The notes under the pieces were generated by a model that worked only from the letters and a program-made list of their open reading frames with translations, did no database searches and was not told where the DNA came from. A DNA stretch of 64,000 bases from an uncultured Weeksellaceae bacterium (GTDB lineage Bacteria; Bacteroidota; Bacteroidia; Flavobacteriales_D; CAYVSK01), in assembly GCA_964537825.1 (NCBI GenBank), contig CAZIDL010000003.1, positions 9,679-73,678 of the forward strand, given 5' to 3'. The position numbers were made by a program, and so were the translations under genes. Shown here piece by piece: positions 26,835 through 35,600 of this stretch (position 1 is its first letter; every line of letters begins with the position of its first letter).

Positions 26835-27563
26835 CTATTTACCCACTTCGGTAGGTTCAGCTTCTGAGATCCGCTGCGGAAACTTTTGACGGACCGCTTT
26901 AATGTACTTCTGATGTTTGACGTTGCTGGGATCCAATTCGTCGTGCGAGTCGAACCGTTGGAATGCCGGGTCGTTCTTGACCAATTCGTTCCGGAGTTCG
27001 TTGATAGCGGCCGCTAATTCGTTCTGAACCTGGATGTACATATCGTAAGACGTTCCCCGGTCGTTCCGCAAAGAGATGAGCGCGTCCTTAGGGATCGTTT
27101 TGAACTTGCCCATCAATTCCACGGCCTTCTTCCGCTCCTTCCATTTCTTCAACTCCATTTTGATGGGCTGTTTATCGCTCTCATCCGCTTGTGCCAGCTT
27201 TGACTCCAGGGAGGAGATCTTTTGCTTGCACTTTTCCATGGTTACGACCTGGAGCTTCGGAAGGTCTTTGCTGTTCGTAGGATTCGTGAAGAAGCGTTTG
27301 GTGGCTTCCTTGAGCTGGGATAGGTTCATGAGCTCTTCCTCCACGAGCAATTGATCCTGCCGATTCACCTTCACCTTGAAAATGTTCCGCTCCGTCACAT
27401 CAGGGGGGTCGACCTCCTCGGTGGGTGGTGGTAATTGCCGAAGGATCCCCTCGTCCATGTCCATAGTGGTCGTCACGAGGAAAAAGATGAGGAGCAGAAA
27501 TGCGATGTCGGCCATAGGGCCGGCGTTCACATCCCCGGGACCTTCTCTTCTCTTCCGGCTCAT
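26835..27563 (-). CDS. exbD: ExbD/TolR-family protein, long form with an inserted helical region
   Basis: 242 aa. N-terminus NAGPMADIAFLLLIFFLVTTT is ExbD-like. The periplasmic part carries an extra K/E-rich segment of about 60-80 aa. Confidence 0.8.
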   Translation of the reverse strand: MSRKRREGPGDVNAGPMADIAFLLLIFFLVTTTMDMDEGILRQLPPPTEEVDPPDVTERNIFKVKVNRQDQLLVEEELMNLSQLKEATKRFFTNPTNSKDLPKLQVVTMEKCKQKISSLESKLAQADESDKQPIKMELKKWKERKKAVELMGKFKTIPKDALISLRNDRGTSYDMYIQVQNELAAAINELRNELVKNDPAFQRFDSHDELDPSNVKHQKYIKAVRQKFPQRISEAEPTEVGK

Positions 27564-27566
27564 GGT

Positions 27567-28016
27567 CTAGCTTTTGCTTCCTTTGATGAGGCGAGCGACT
27601 TCCGATACGATGATGGCCAGGATGGCCAGCCCGAGGAAAACATAGATCGCGATGATCCCTCCTCCGATGACCTGTGACTGGGAAGCAGAGATCTCGTAAA
27701 AGTCCGCTCCATGGGTGGATGCCATGTTGTAGGCTATCAGCAGGATCCCGCCGAAGATCAGAACACCGACCAAAGAAGGCAGGGAACGCTTGAAGTTCAC
27801 CACGAACTGATAAAGCGTAAAGAGAACGGCGCCTCCACCGCAGATGGCCACTGCTATGTAAGCCACTTGAAGCGCATAGCTCACTTGTTCCCCTTGGTTG
27901 CCGACGATGTCCTGGCCTGTGATGATGAAAGCCGCAAGCGCCCCTCCGAGCAAGACGAGCGCCGTCTTCAGGAGGTTCAGGACCATCTTGAGATTGCGAT
28001 ACTCCATAGCGATCAC
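27567..28016 (-). CDS. small four-TM membrane protein embedded in the exbB-exbD cluster, function unknown
   Basis: 149 aa with four hydrophobic segments. 4-nt overlap with exbB upstream and 3-nt spacing to exbD downstream. No recognisable motif. Confidence 0.6.
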   Translation of the reverse strand: MIAMEYRNLKMVLNLLKTALVLLGGALAAFIITGQDIVGNQGEQVSYALQVAYIAVAICGGGAVLFTLYQFVVNFKRSLPSLVGVLIFGGILLIAYNMASTHGADFYEISASQSQVIGGGIIAIYVFLGLAILAIIVSEVARLIKGSKS

Positions 28017-28903
28017 TGATCGTTTTGACGACTAGCGATGTTGTGCTTGACCAAGAGGTCAACGAGCGAGATGGAGGCATCTTCCATGTCGTTCACCATG
28101 CTGTCGACCTTCGAAACGATGTAGTTGTAGAAGATCTGAAGGAGGATCCCCACCATGAGACCGGAGACCGTCGTGATCAAGGCCTTCTGAATACCCGAGG
28201 CGACGATCTGGGGGGAAATATTGTTCTGCTGAGCGATGTTGTCGAATGCTTCGATCATGCCGAAGACCGTTCCCATAAATCCGAGCATCGGAGCGATCGC
28301 GATGAAGAGTTGGATCCAGGAGAGCCCTTTCTCCAGCAATCCCATCTGAACCCCTCCGTAGGATATTACCGATTTTTCTACCACATCAACCCCTTCGTGG
28401 GAGCGATCCAGTCCTTGATAGAAGATGCTTGCGATCGGGCCTTTGGTCTGTCGGCAGACCTTTTTGGCCTCTTCTACCCCTCCGCTGGCTAAAGCACTCT
28501 CGATGCGGTTGAGAAGCTTCTCCGTATTGGTAGTGGATACGTTCAGGTAGATGATCCTTTCTATCGAGAGGGCGAGCCCGACGATCAGGCAAAGAAGAAC
28601 GAAGGCCATGAAACGAGGGCCTCCTTCGATGAACTTGTTCTTGATGACCTGATGGATCGTCTCTTCCTTTTTCACTTTCTTGTCGCCTTCCTTTCCGGAG
28701 TCAGCCATAGCTGCACCGCTCGTATCGCTAGCGCTGGTGTCCTGGGAGGCCATGGCACTATCGCTGGAAGCCGTGTCGCTCGCTGCAGCGGTCGTATCCT
28801 CCTGGTTGCCTGTGGTATCTTGAGCGACCACTGGTCGTGCAGGAAGGAGGGATAAGAAAAGGAGGATCGCTGGGATCGATGAAAGGAACTGCTTGGTCTT
28901 CAT
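28013..28903 (-). CDS. exbB: MotA/TolQ/ExbB proton-channel family protein
   Basis: 296 aa. Signal peptide plus a low-complexity S/T/D/A-rich periplasmic extension, then three TM segments with the motif PMLGFMGTVFGMIEAF...ALITTVSGLMVGI. Confidence 0.9.
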   Translation of the reverse strand: MKTKQFLSSIPAILLFLSLLPARPVVAQDTTGNQEDTTAAASDTASSDSAMASQDTSASDTSGAAMADSGKEGDKKVKKEETIHQVIKNKFIEGGPRFMAFVLLCLIVGLALSIERIIYLNVSTTNTEKLLNRIESALASGGVEEAKKVCRQTKGPIASIFYQGLDRSHEGVDVVEKSVISYGGVQMGLLEKGLSWIQLFIAIAPMLGFMGTVFGMIEAFDNIAQQNNISPQIVASGIQKALITTVSGLMVGILLQIFYNYIVSKVDSMVNDMEDASISLVDLLVKHNIASRQNDQ

Positions 28904-28950
28904 TTTATGCGGATTTTGCTGGAACAGGTTCTTCGCTGCATTTCAGCATG

Positions 28951-29039
28951 CGGAGAGAGAGGGATTCGAACCCTCGATACCCCGTGAAGGGTATACACGC
29001 TTTCCAGGCGTGCGCCTTCGACCGCTCGGCCATCTCTCC
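28951..29039 (-). tRNA. tRNA-Ser (anticodon GGA), class II with long variable arm
   Basis: The reverse complement folds by hand as GGAGAGA-TG-GCC-GAGCGGTCGAA-GGC-G-CACGC-CTGGAAA-GCGTG-(variable arm ATACCC/GGGTAT)-GAGGG-TTCGAAT-CCCTC-TCTCTCC-G. CCA is not encoded. Confidence 0.93.
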
Positions 29040-29079
29040 GTTCCACGTCCCGGACTGTGCCCAGCCCTTGGACGGCTGC

Positions 29080-29109
29080 CAAAAGTAATAAAAAGCACGG
29101 GATGTCAAA
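29080..29109 (-). promoter_or_regulatory. candidate Bacteroidota sigma-A promoter (-33 TTTG / -7 TACTTTTG) for tRNA-Ser and possibly exbB
   Basis: The minus strand reads TTTG-N18-TACTTTTG. The -7 box at 29080-29087 matches TAnnTTTG exactly, and the -33 box is at 29106-29109. The -7 box ends 40 nt upstream of the tRNA 5' end. Confidence 0.4.
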
Positions 29110-29128
29110 ACATAGCGCTTTTGCGTTC

Positions 29129-30184
29129 TCATCCCTTGGGATCAGCGGATGATGCGGGGGTTAGCTCTCCCCGAAGCGGTTCAGCTAGTCGTTCCCTCAA
29201 AGTTGCTGGCGAGGGATCATCCCCCAGAAGCACCATCGATTTCGTAACAGCGGCTTCAAGGGTCATGTCCCTTCCTTCGATCACACCGCTCCGCTCCAGC
29301 TCAGCACTGGCTTCGTAATAACCTTGCAAGGAAGGTCCTGCCCGGCATTGGGTGATATTGAGCACAGTGAGCCCTCCTTCGATAGCTGCTTCCACCCGTT
29401 CGCGGAACCATGGAAAGGTCGGCGCATTGCCGGCCCCGAAGGTCTGAAGCACCAACACCTTCAACCCTGATGCGGTGAGCACTCGTTCCACGTCCTGCTT
29501 CCGGATGCCGGGGAAAAGGGTCAGAATACTGATAGCATCCCCGAGCGACGGTCGCACCCGGAAAGGTCCTTTGGGTAACGGTAAAACGTATTCCCGATGG
29601 ATCTGGATCCGGACACCGACCGTTCCAAGCGAGGGGTGGTTGTCCGAGCGAAATGCATCGAAATGTTCCGCATTGAACTTGTAGGTTCGGTTCCCGCGCA
29701 GTAGTTTGGACTCGAAATAGATCGCTACTTCAGGTACGAGCGGCACCCCGTCCTCATAACTTGAAGCGATCTCGATGGCGGTTAAAAGGTTCTCCTTAGC
29801 GTCCGTTCGAAGGATCTCCATCGGCAATTGAGATCCCGTTAGGATAACAGGTTTCCCTAATCCCTCGAACATGAAACTGAGGGCGGAGGCCGTGTAGGCC
29901 ATGGTATCGGTCCCGTGAAGGATCACAAAGCCATCGAAGGCCTCGTACTGCCTTTCGATGATAGCCGCCAACTCCTTCCACACTTCAGGGGTCATGTCCG
30001 AAGAGTCGATCGGCTCTTCAAAAGCATGACTGTCGAGCGTGAGATCGAGCTTATCGAGTTCGGGGACCTGGGCTCGCAGTTCACTCAGTTGGGCGGGTCG
30101 CAGGGTCCCGCTCTCGGGGTCCCTGGTCATCCCGATCGTTCCACCGGTATAGATGAGCAGGACCGATCGCTGCTTCCCCATCAA
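29129..30184 (-). CDS. ansA: L-asparaginase, type I (cytoplasmic)
   Basis: 351 aa. N-terminal catalytic motif LLIYTGGTIGM and second motif HGTDTMAYTASAL. Confidence 0.9.
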   Translation of the reverse strand: MMGKQRSVLLIYTGGTIGMTRDPESGTLRPAQLSELRAQVPELDKLDLTLDSHAFEEPIDSSDMTPEVWKELAAIIERQYEAFDGFVILHGTDTMAYTASALSFMFEGLGKPVILTGSQLPMEILRTDAKENLLTAIEIASSYEDGVPLVPEVAIYFESKLLRGNRTYKFNAEHFDAFRSDNHPSLGTVGVRIQIHREYVLPLPKGPFRVRPSLGDAISILTLFPGIRKQDVERVLTASGLKVLVLQTFGAGNAPTFPWFRERVEAAIEGGLTVLNITQCRAGPSLQGYYEASAELERSGVIEGRDMTLEAAVTKSMVLLGDDPSPATLRERLAEPLRGELTPASSADPKG

Positions 30185-30951
30185 ATACCGAAAAGGTCGC
30201 GCGAATTCTCCGTGGTGACCTCCGCTATTTCCTTGGGAGTGGTCCCGTGAACTTCTGCCATCCGTTCTGCGATGTGGAGCAAATAAGAGGATTCGTTCCG
30301 GTCACCGCGGTTCGGATCAGGAGCCAGGTAAGGAGCATCGGTCTCCAGGACCATGTGGTCCAGCCCGATCTTTTCTACTACGCCGTCCAGCTCGGCATTC
30401 TTGAAGGTCAGGATCCCTCCGATACCTATGAGAAATCCCCCGAGGGCGATAATATCCTCAGCATCCTCCAGGTCACCGGTGAAGCAATGAAATACCCCCT
30501 TCAGCGAGGCGTCGTTCATTTCCTCTACGATATCGAAGGTCTCTCGGAAGGAATTTCGGACGTGGATCACGATGGGAAGGCCATGGGCTTTTGCCAGGTC
30601 GATCTGACGCCGAAAGGCCTGTCGCTGCTCTTCAGCATAAGTGCTGTCCCAGTAAAAGTCCAGCCCGATCTCGCCGACCGCACAATATCCGCCTTTGTCT
30701 AGTTCCTCTTCTACGTGCTCGATGGCCTTTTCCCATTTATCATCGACCGATCCCGGATGGAGGCCCATCATGGGAAAGCAATTGTCCGGATAAGCTTCGG
30801 CGAGGGCATTCATCTTTTCAGTGGTCGTAGGATCGATGTTCGGGAGAAAGATCCTTTCAACCCCTGCTTTGAAAGCCCTTTGGAGCATTTCATCCCGATC
30901 CTCTGCGAATTCATCTGCATAGAGGTGGGCATGGGTGTCCGTGAGCATCAT
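30181..30951 (-). CDS. TatD-family metal-dependent hydrolase
   Basis: 256 aa. N-terminal TDTHAHLY, GEIGLDFYW, VIHVRNS and LETDAPYL motifs. ATGA overlap with the asparaginase gene. Confidence 0.9.
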   Translation of the reverse strand: MMLTDTHAHLYADEFAEDRDEMLQRAFKAGVERIFLPNIDPTTTEKMNALAEAYPDNCFPMMGLHPGSVDDKWEKAIEHVEEELDKGGYCAVGEIGLDFYWDSTYAEEQRQAFRRQIDLAKAHGLPIVIHVRNSFRETFDIVEEMNDASLKGVFHCFTGDLEDAEDIIALGGFLIGIGGILTFKNAELDGVVEKIGLDHMVLETDAPYLAPDPNRGDRNESSYLLHIAERMAEVHGTTPKEIAEVTTENSRDLFGI

Positions 30952-31060
30952 GGAGCGATCTTGATCTTGGTTTTAAAGAAAGACTGAAGCGTATAAGGTG
31001 GGTCCTGATCTTGGAAGCTACGCTATATTGGCCCCGAAAATAGGAGATCGTAAGGGATCC

Positions 31061-32065
31061 GTGAAAAAAGTCCTCTTCATAAGGTTCAGTTCGATCGGTG
31101 ATATCGTCCTCACAACACCCTTGATAAGGGTGTTGAAAGGATCCTATCAGGAACCCGTCGAGTTGCATTTCCTCCTAAAAGGCCATTTCCGGGAGATCCT
31201 TCGCCATCACCCCAAAGTGGACCGGATCCATAGTTGGGAGAAGGGAAAGGAACAGGAACTGCTTCGGGAACTCAGGCAGGAAGGTTTTGACCATGTTGTC
31301 GACCTGCAGCGGAGCCTTCGTTCCCTTAGGATCCGCGCTCTTCTGAAACGTCCCACCTCCACCTTTCCCAAGCTGAACAAGGAGAAATGGATGCTCGTGA
31401 ACCTCGGCATCGATCAGCTTCCGGACCTTCACGTGGTCGACCGCTACTTTCGTGCGCTCCGTGTCTTTGGATTGAATAACGATGAAAGGGGACTGGACTA
31501 TTTCATTCCCCCCGAAGAAGAGATCTCCCCTGAAAAGTTCGGGGCACAGGCTGGGGACCCCTTTGTCAGCTTTTCCATCGGTGGGGCTCATGCGACCAAG
31601 CAGCTTCCCGAGGAGCGGATCGTGGAGCTTTGTCGCCGCATCGACCTACCTGTCCTTCTCCTGGGGGGAAAGGAGGACCGGGAACGGGGTGCTCGTATCG
31701 CAGGAGCTAGTGGAGCTGGCGTTGTGGATCTGACCGGGCAGCTCAGTATTTCGGGATCCGCTTCCCTCATCCGCCAGAGCGCTGCTGTTCTTACACACGA
31801 TACGGGGATGATGCATATTGCAGCAGCCTTTAAAAGGCCGATCCTTTCCTTTTGGGGGAACACGGTCCCGGCGTTCGGTATGACCCCCTATATGCCCGGT
31901 TATGAAGATCGCTCTCATATTTTCGAGGTGAAGGGGCTTTCCTGTCGGCCTTGTTCCAAACTTGGTCATCCGGCTTGCCCCAAGGAACATTTCCGCTGCA
32001 TGTGGGGTATCGATCCGGAACAAGTACTGAAAACCCTCGATCAGGTGATACGAAAAGGCGAGTGA
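31061..32065 (+). CDS. glycosyltransferase family 9 (LPS heptosyltransferase-like)
   Basis: N-terminus (M)KKVLFIRFSSIGDIVLTTPLIRVLK and C-terminal LLTHDTGMMHIAAAF motif. The ORF is open from GTG 30998, but GTG 31061 gives the typical family N-terminus. Confidence 0.85.
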   Translation: MKKVLFIRFSSIGDIVLTTPLIRVLKGSYQEPVELHFLLKGHFREILRHHPKVDRIHSWEKGKEQELLRELRQEGFDHVVDLQRSLRSLRIRALLKRPTSTFPKLNKEKWMLVNLGIDQLPDLHVVDRYFRALRVFGLNNDERGLDYFIPPEEEISPEKFGAQAGDPFVSFSIGGAHATKQLPEERIVELCRRIDLPVLLLGGKEDRERGARIAGASGAGVVDLTGQLSISGSASLIRQSAAVLTHDTGMMHIAAAFKRPILSFWGNTVPAFGMTPYMPGYEDRSHIFEVKGLSCRPCSKLGHPACPKEHFRCMWGIDPEQVLKTLDQVIRKGE

Positions 32066-32071
32066 AGTTCC

Positions 32072-32584
32072 TTACTGGAACATCGCCTTGATCTCGGTCG
32101 CTTGTTCCGGTTTGATCTTTCCTGCAAGAAGAAGGCTTAATTGCCGCCGCTGAAGAGCATCCTGATAGCGCTGTTTTTCCTCCTCGGTCTCTGGTAACAG
32201 CTGCGGCACTTCGATCGGGTCCCCCATTTGATCCACCGCCACGAAGATGTAGTTCGCTTCGTTGCACTTTTTCTGTTCCCCGGTCCGATGGTGTTCCACC
32301 CACACCTCGATGAAGACCTCCATCGAAGAAGTGAATGCACGGGAGACCTTTGCTTCAAGGGTCACGATGTCTCCGAGTGCGATGGAATGCTGAAAGGAAA
32401 CGTTGTTGACCGAAGCTGTAACGACCACTCGCTTGCAATGGCGATGAGCTGATATGGCCGCCGTAACGTCCATCCAATTGAGGAGCTGTCCTCCCATTAG
32501 ATTCCCCAGCACGTTGGTCTCGTTCGGGAGCACGATATGGCTGGAGGAGGCATAACTTGCCCGGGCTGGTTTCTCTTTTTCCAT
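32072..32584 (-). CDS. acyl-CoA thioesterase (hotdog fold, YciA/BFIT-like)
   Basis: 170 aa with motifs VLPNETNVLGNLMGGQLLNWMD and VTASVNNVSFQHSI. Confidence 0.85.
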   Translation of the reverse strand: MEKEKPARASYASSSHIVLPNETNVLGNLMGGQLLNWMDVTAAISAHRHCKRVVVTASVNNVSFQHSIALGDIVTLEAKVSRAFTSSMEVFIEVWVEHHRTGEQKKCNEANYIFVAVDQMGDPIEVPQLLPETEEEKQRYQDALQRRQLSLLLAGKIKPEQATEIKAMFQ

Positions 32585-32658
32585 AGCGAGCCCGAAGGAA
32601 GCTGAAATTTCCCGATCCGCCCCTTCTTCTTTAACTTGCAGCCGCTTAACCTTCGCTC

Positions 32659-33261
32659 ATGAGCTACGAGGTCCTGAAAGCCCTTCACATCATCTTCGTG
32701 GTCACCTGGTTCTCCGGACTCTTCTACATGGTCAGGCTTTTCGTCTACCATCGTGAATCCTACGATGAGGACGAATTCAGCCAGCGGGTCCTTCAGCAGC
32801 AGTACAAAGTGATGGAGAAGCGCCTATGGTACGGGATCGCATGGCCTTCCATGGTGCTCGCCCTCTTTTTCGGCATTTGGATGCTGATCGAGCGCCCCGC
32901 CCTGTTGGGTCGACCGTTCATGCATCTCAAGCTGGGCATGGTATTTCTCCTCATGCTCTATCATGTCCTGGACCATTACCTCTTCCTCCTGTTTCAAAAG
33001 GATCGGGTCCGGTATTCAGGTTTCAAGCTTCGGATCTGGAACGAGGTTGCGACCATCTTCCTCGTTTCCATCGTCTTCATCGTGGTACTCCGCGACAGCA
33101 TCGATTGGCTTTGGGGGACCTTAGGGATATTGATCTTTGCCCTGGCCTTGTATCTGGCCGTTCTGCTTTATCGTCGGATCAGAGGCGGGAAAGGTGCAGG
33201 AAGTACTAGCGGACCGGATCAGAAAGGAGAAAAAGGAACGACCGATGTTACGGAAAGGTGA
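32659..33261 (+). CDS. hemJ: protoporphyrinogen IX oxidase HemJ (CopD-like membrane protein)
   Basis: 200 aa, 4-5 TM. The N-terminus LKALHIIFVVTWFSGLFYMVRLFVYH is the characteristic HemJ signature. Confidence 0.8.
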   Translation: MSYEVLKALHIIFVVTWFSGLFYMVRLFVYHRESYDEDEFSQRVLQQQYKVMEKRLWYGIAWPSMVLALFFGIWMLIERPALLGRPFMHLKLGMVFLLMLYHVLDHYLFLLFQKDRVRYSGFKLRIWNEVATIFLVSIVFIVVLRDSIDWLWGTLGILIFALALYLAVLLYRRIRGGKGAGSTSGPDQKGEKGTTDVTER

Positions 33262-33709
33262 TCATGCACCGGATATCAGCCTGACCGATGAGAGCGGGGA
33301 ATGGGTCGTTCTTTCAGAGCTCTGGGAGAGCTCGATGCTCGTGCTCTTCTTTTATCCAAAGGATCATACGCTCGGTTGTGCGCAGGAAGCCTGTGCTTTC
33401 AGAGATGGTTATACGGAGCTTCGTGAGGCGGGGGCTGAGGTGATAGGGGTCAGTGCTGACGATGCGAGTTCTCACAGGCGGTTCCGGAAAGAGCACAGCT
33501 TGCCTTACCGCTTGCTGAGCGATGATAAAGGCGAAGCCCGAAAAGCCTTTGGGGTCGGAAAGAGCATGGGGGTATTACCGGCCCGGGTCACCTTTGTTAT
33601 CGATCGGGAAGGGAAGGTCCGTTCGGTCCTTAATTCCCAGTTCCAATTCCGGAAACACTTCAGGAGAGCTCTTCGGACGGTGCAAGAGTTGAAGGCTCAG
33701 GGCCAGTGA
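33245..33709 (+). CDS. bcp: thiol peroxidase / peroxiredoxin Bcp
   Basis: Active-site block FFYPKDHTLGCAQEAC. The ORF is open from 33137, but ATG 33245 (MLRKGDHAPDISL...) gives the normal length of about 154 aa. This start overlaps the hemJ end by 17 nt. Confidence 0.9.
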   Translation: MLRKGDHAPDISLTDESGEWVVLSELWESSMLVLFFYPKDHTLGCAQEACAFRDGYTELREAGAEVIGVSADDASSHRRFRKEHSLPYRLLSDDKGEARKAFGVGKSMGVLPARVTFVIDREGKVRSVLNSQFQFRKHFRRALRTVQELKAQGQ

Positions 33710-34767
33710 AGGAGCCAGGCCTTTGGCATGGTCCCACGGGCTTTTGTCAATCCCTCCAGCGCGTTCTCCTTTTCTGAATAAGCATCGAAAGCTACCACGT
33801 GAAGGCCGTTGCGCTTGCGGTCCAGGATCCGAGCAGGGAAGCCGTTCCGTTCCAGCCGCTTGACCCTTCCTTTCGCATTCGCCTTCACTTCGAAACACCC
33901 TCCAACGACGAAGTAAGAAGCCCGTTCGTCTTTGGATGCTTTTTCGTTCTCCGCCACGGCCGTGTTGTCCCGGACCACCATGTAATCACGTCCATCCGGT
34001 TCCAAGCGGAATCTGAAGGGAAGTTCCTTTTCCTCCTTTTCAGGGAAGTCCACCGTGAATGAGGGAAAAGAGCTTTCATTTCGGGGGACGTAGTGGGCTT
34101 CTTCGCTGTTACCGATCCAAAAGAGCTCGGAAAAGTTGGCCCCCTCTTGCAGTACTTTCATCCGGATCGCTCCGAATCCAATGACCAAGAGCAAAGGGAT
34201 CACCACGGCTGCGATCCGTTTCAAGGGCATTCCTGTGCTGATCATAGGTCCCCTTCTCTCCTCCTTCTTCTCTTCTTCTTCGAAGGGAGGCTTCTTTTCT
34301 CTTTCTTCTTGCTCATCCCTATCTTTTTCAGGGATGGGGGTCATTTTCCTTACAGGCCGAACGTAAAAGCTCGGGAGCCCATACCCGGATGGTTCGAGCT
34401 CCGGTTCGGGGTCGGGTTCGAAGTGGGTCCGGTCCTCTTCATCCCGATAAAGGATCCCGATCCCTTCAAGTTCGATACGCCCGAAGCGGTGAAGGCTCTC
34501 TTTCCATTCATCGGCTGCTTCCCGGATCCTTCTTTTGGCGTTCTCGAAATCGGTCCCTTCCGTTCTTAGGATCTGTTCGGCCAGGAGTCCGTCCTCCTTA
34601 TCGAGGCTTTGGTTGAAAGAGAGGGTGCAGGAAGGGGGAAGGAAGAGGTCCCGGTCGCGATCGATACGGGCAGGGACCCGCTCCTTTACAAAACCACCGA
34701 AACCTGGGATAAAGGCCCGGTCGTGGTCTCTCAGGAGCGTACGGATATGGGTGGAAAGTTCTTCCAT
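33697..34767 (-). CDS. membrane protein with N-terminal HU-like (HU-CCDC81 type) domains and C-terminal SPOR domain
   Basis: 356 aa. N-terminus FIPGFGGFVKERVPARID...LFLPPSCTLSFN and a second GRIELEGIGILYRDEE repeat. Acidic linker, one TM (IAAVVIPLLLVIGFGAI), and a C-terminal SPOR-like YFVVGGCFEVKANAKG...GLHVVAFDAYS. Confidence 0.75.
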   Translation of the reverse strand: MEELSTHIRTLLRDHDRAFIPGFGGFVKERVPARIDRDRDLFLPPSCTLSFNQSLDKEDGLLAEQILRTEGTDFENAKRRIREAADEWKESLHRFGRIELEGIGILYRDEEDRTHFEPDPEPELEPSGYGLPSFYVRPVRKMTPIPEKDRDEQEEREKKPPFEEEEKKEERRGPMISTGMPLKRIAAVVIPLLLVIGFGAIRMKVLQEGANFSELFWIGNSEEAHYVPRNESSFPSFTVDFPEKEEKELPFRFRLEPDGRDYMVVRDNTAVAENEKASKDERASYFVVGGCFEVKANAKGRVKRLERNGFPARILDRKRNGLHVVAFDAYSEKENALEGLTKARGTMPKAWLLHWP

Positions 34768-34781
34768 AGCTTCCTTACAAA

Positions 34782-35537
34782 TTAAGCGGATCCGTACTCA
34801 TCCATCCCATTCTCTTGCCGAACTTCTTTCCGCGCCCGTTCAAGGTCCGAAGGGTCATCGATACCGGAATGATGGCTCTTGCTTAGGGCGACATATACGT
34901 TGTATCCGTGCTCGAGCCAGCGCAATTGCTCCAATCCTTCTATCTGTTCCAAAGGGGTTCGTTCGAGGCTGGTTATTTCTTGAAGGATATGAGCGCGAAA
35001 GGCATAGATCCCGATGTGTTGGTAAAAGCCTTTTCCGGTATTGTTCCGGTCGTAAGGAAGGGGGCTCCTTGAAAAGTAGAGGGACCGTCCGTCGGGAGCA
35101 AATACGACCTTGACCCGGTTGGGATCCTCGAATGCCTCTTGGTCCGCATTTCGGCATGCTAGGGTGCCTATCCCCGGTCCGGGATCCTCGAAGAGGGATG
35201 CCAGGCGGTCGATCTGTTCCGGTAAAATAAAAGGTTCGTCGCCCTGGACGTTGATAACAAGGTCCCAATCTTCTTTTTCACTGATCAGGGCTTCTGCGCT
35301 GCGCTCCGTGCCACTGTGATGGCCAGCCTGGGTCAGGACCGCTTCTCCTCCGATCCGCTCTACTTCTTTGCGGATCCGCTCATCGTCCGTGGCCACGATC
35401 ATCCGATCCGTGCATTCAGCACTACGGCATCGCTCCATGGTCCGTTCCAATACTGTCTTGCCTTCTAAATCCGATAGGAGCTTCCCCGGGAAGCGTTGAG
35501 CTTCGTAACGGGCAGGGATGATGATGAGCGTTTTCAT
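34782..35537 (-). CDS. kdsB: 3-deoxy-manno-octulosonate cytidylyltransferase
   Basis: 251 aa. IIPARYEAQRFPGKLL, VINVQGDEPF, and HIGIYAFR...LEQLRWLEHG motifs. Confidence 0.93.
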   Translation of the reverse strand: MKTLIIIPARYEAQRFPGKLLSDLEGKTVLERTMERCRSAECTDRMIVATDDERIRKEVERIGGEAVLTQAGHHSGTERSAEALISEKEDWDLVINVQGDEPFILPEQIDRLASLFEDPGPGIGTLACRNADQEAFEDPNRVKVVFAPDGRSLYFSRSPLPYDRNNTGKGFYQHIGIYAFRAHILQEITSLERTPLEQIEGLEQLRWLEHGYNVYVALSKSHHSGIDDPSDLERARKEVRQENGMDEYGSA

Positions 35538-35600
35538 TCTTTTTTTGTATAAAATTTACGAAATTCGCATTATCATATCAAGAACTGCTTTAAAAAGTCC

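Noticed and set aside
27400-28080. 226-aa minus-strand ORF overlapping the exbD, 4-TM and exbB genes in another frame
   Set aside because: It is an out-of-frame overlap with three genes that have coherent TM and ExbB/ExbD motifs. Its translation is R/P/S/H-rich.
28951-29039. tRNA-Ser as a possible integration site for a genomic island or prophage
   Set aside because: There is no integrase, no repeat of the tRNA 3' end, and no phage or mobile genes on either side. The neighbours are asparaginase and exbB.
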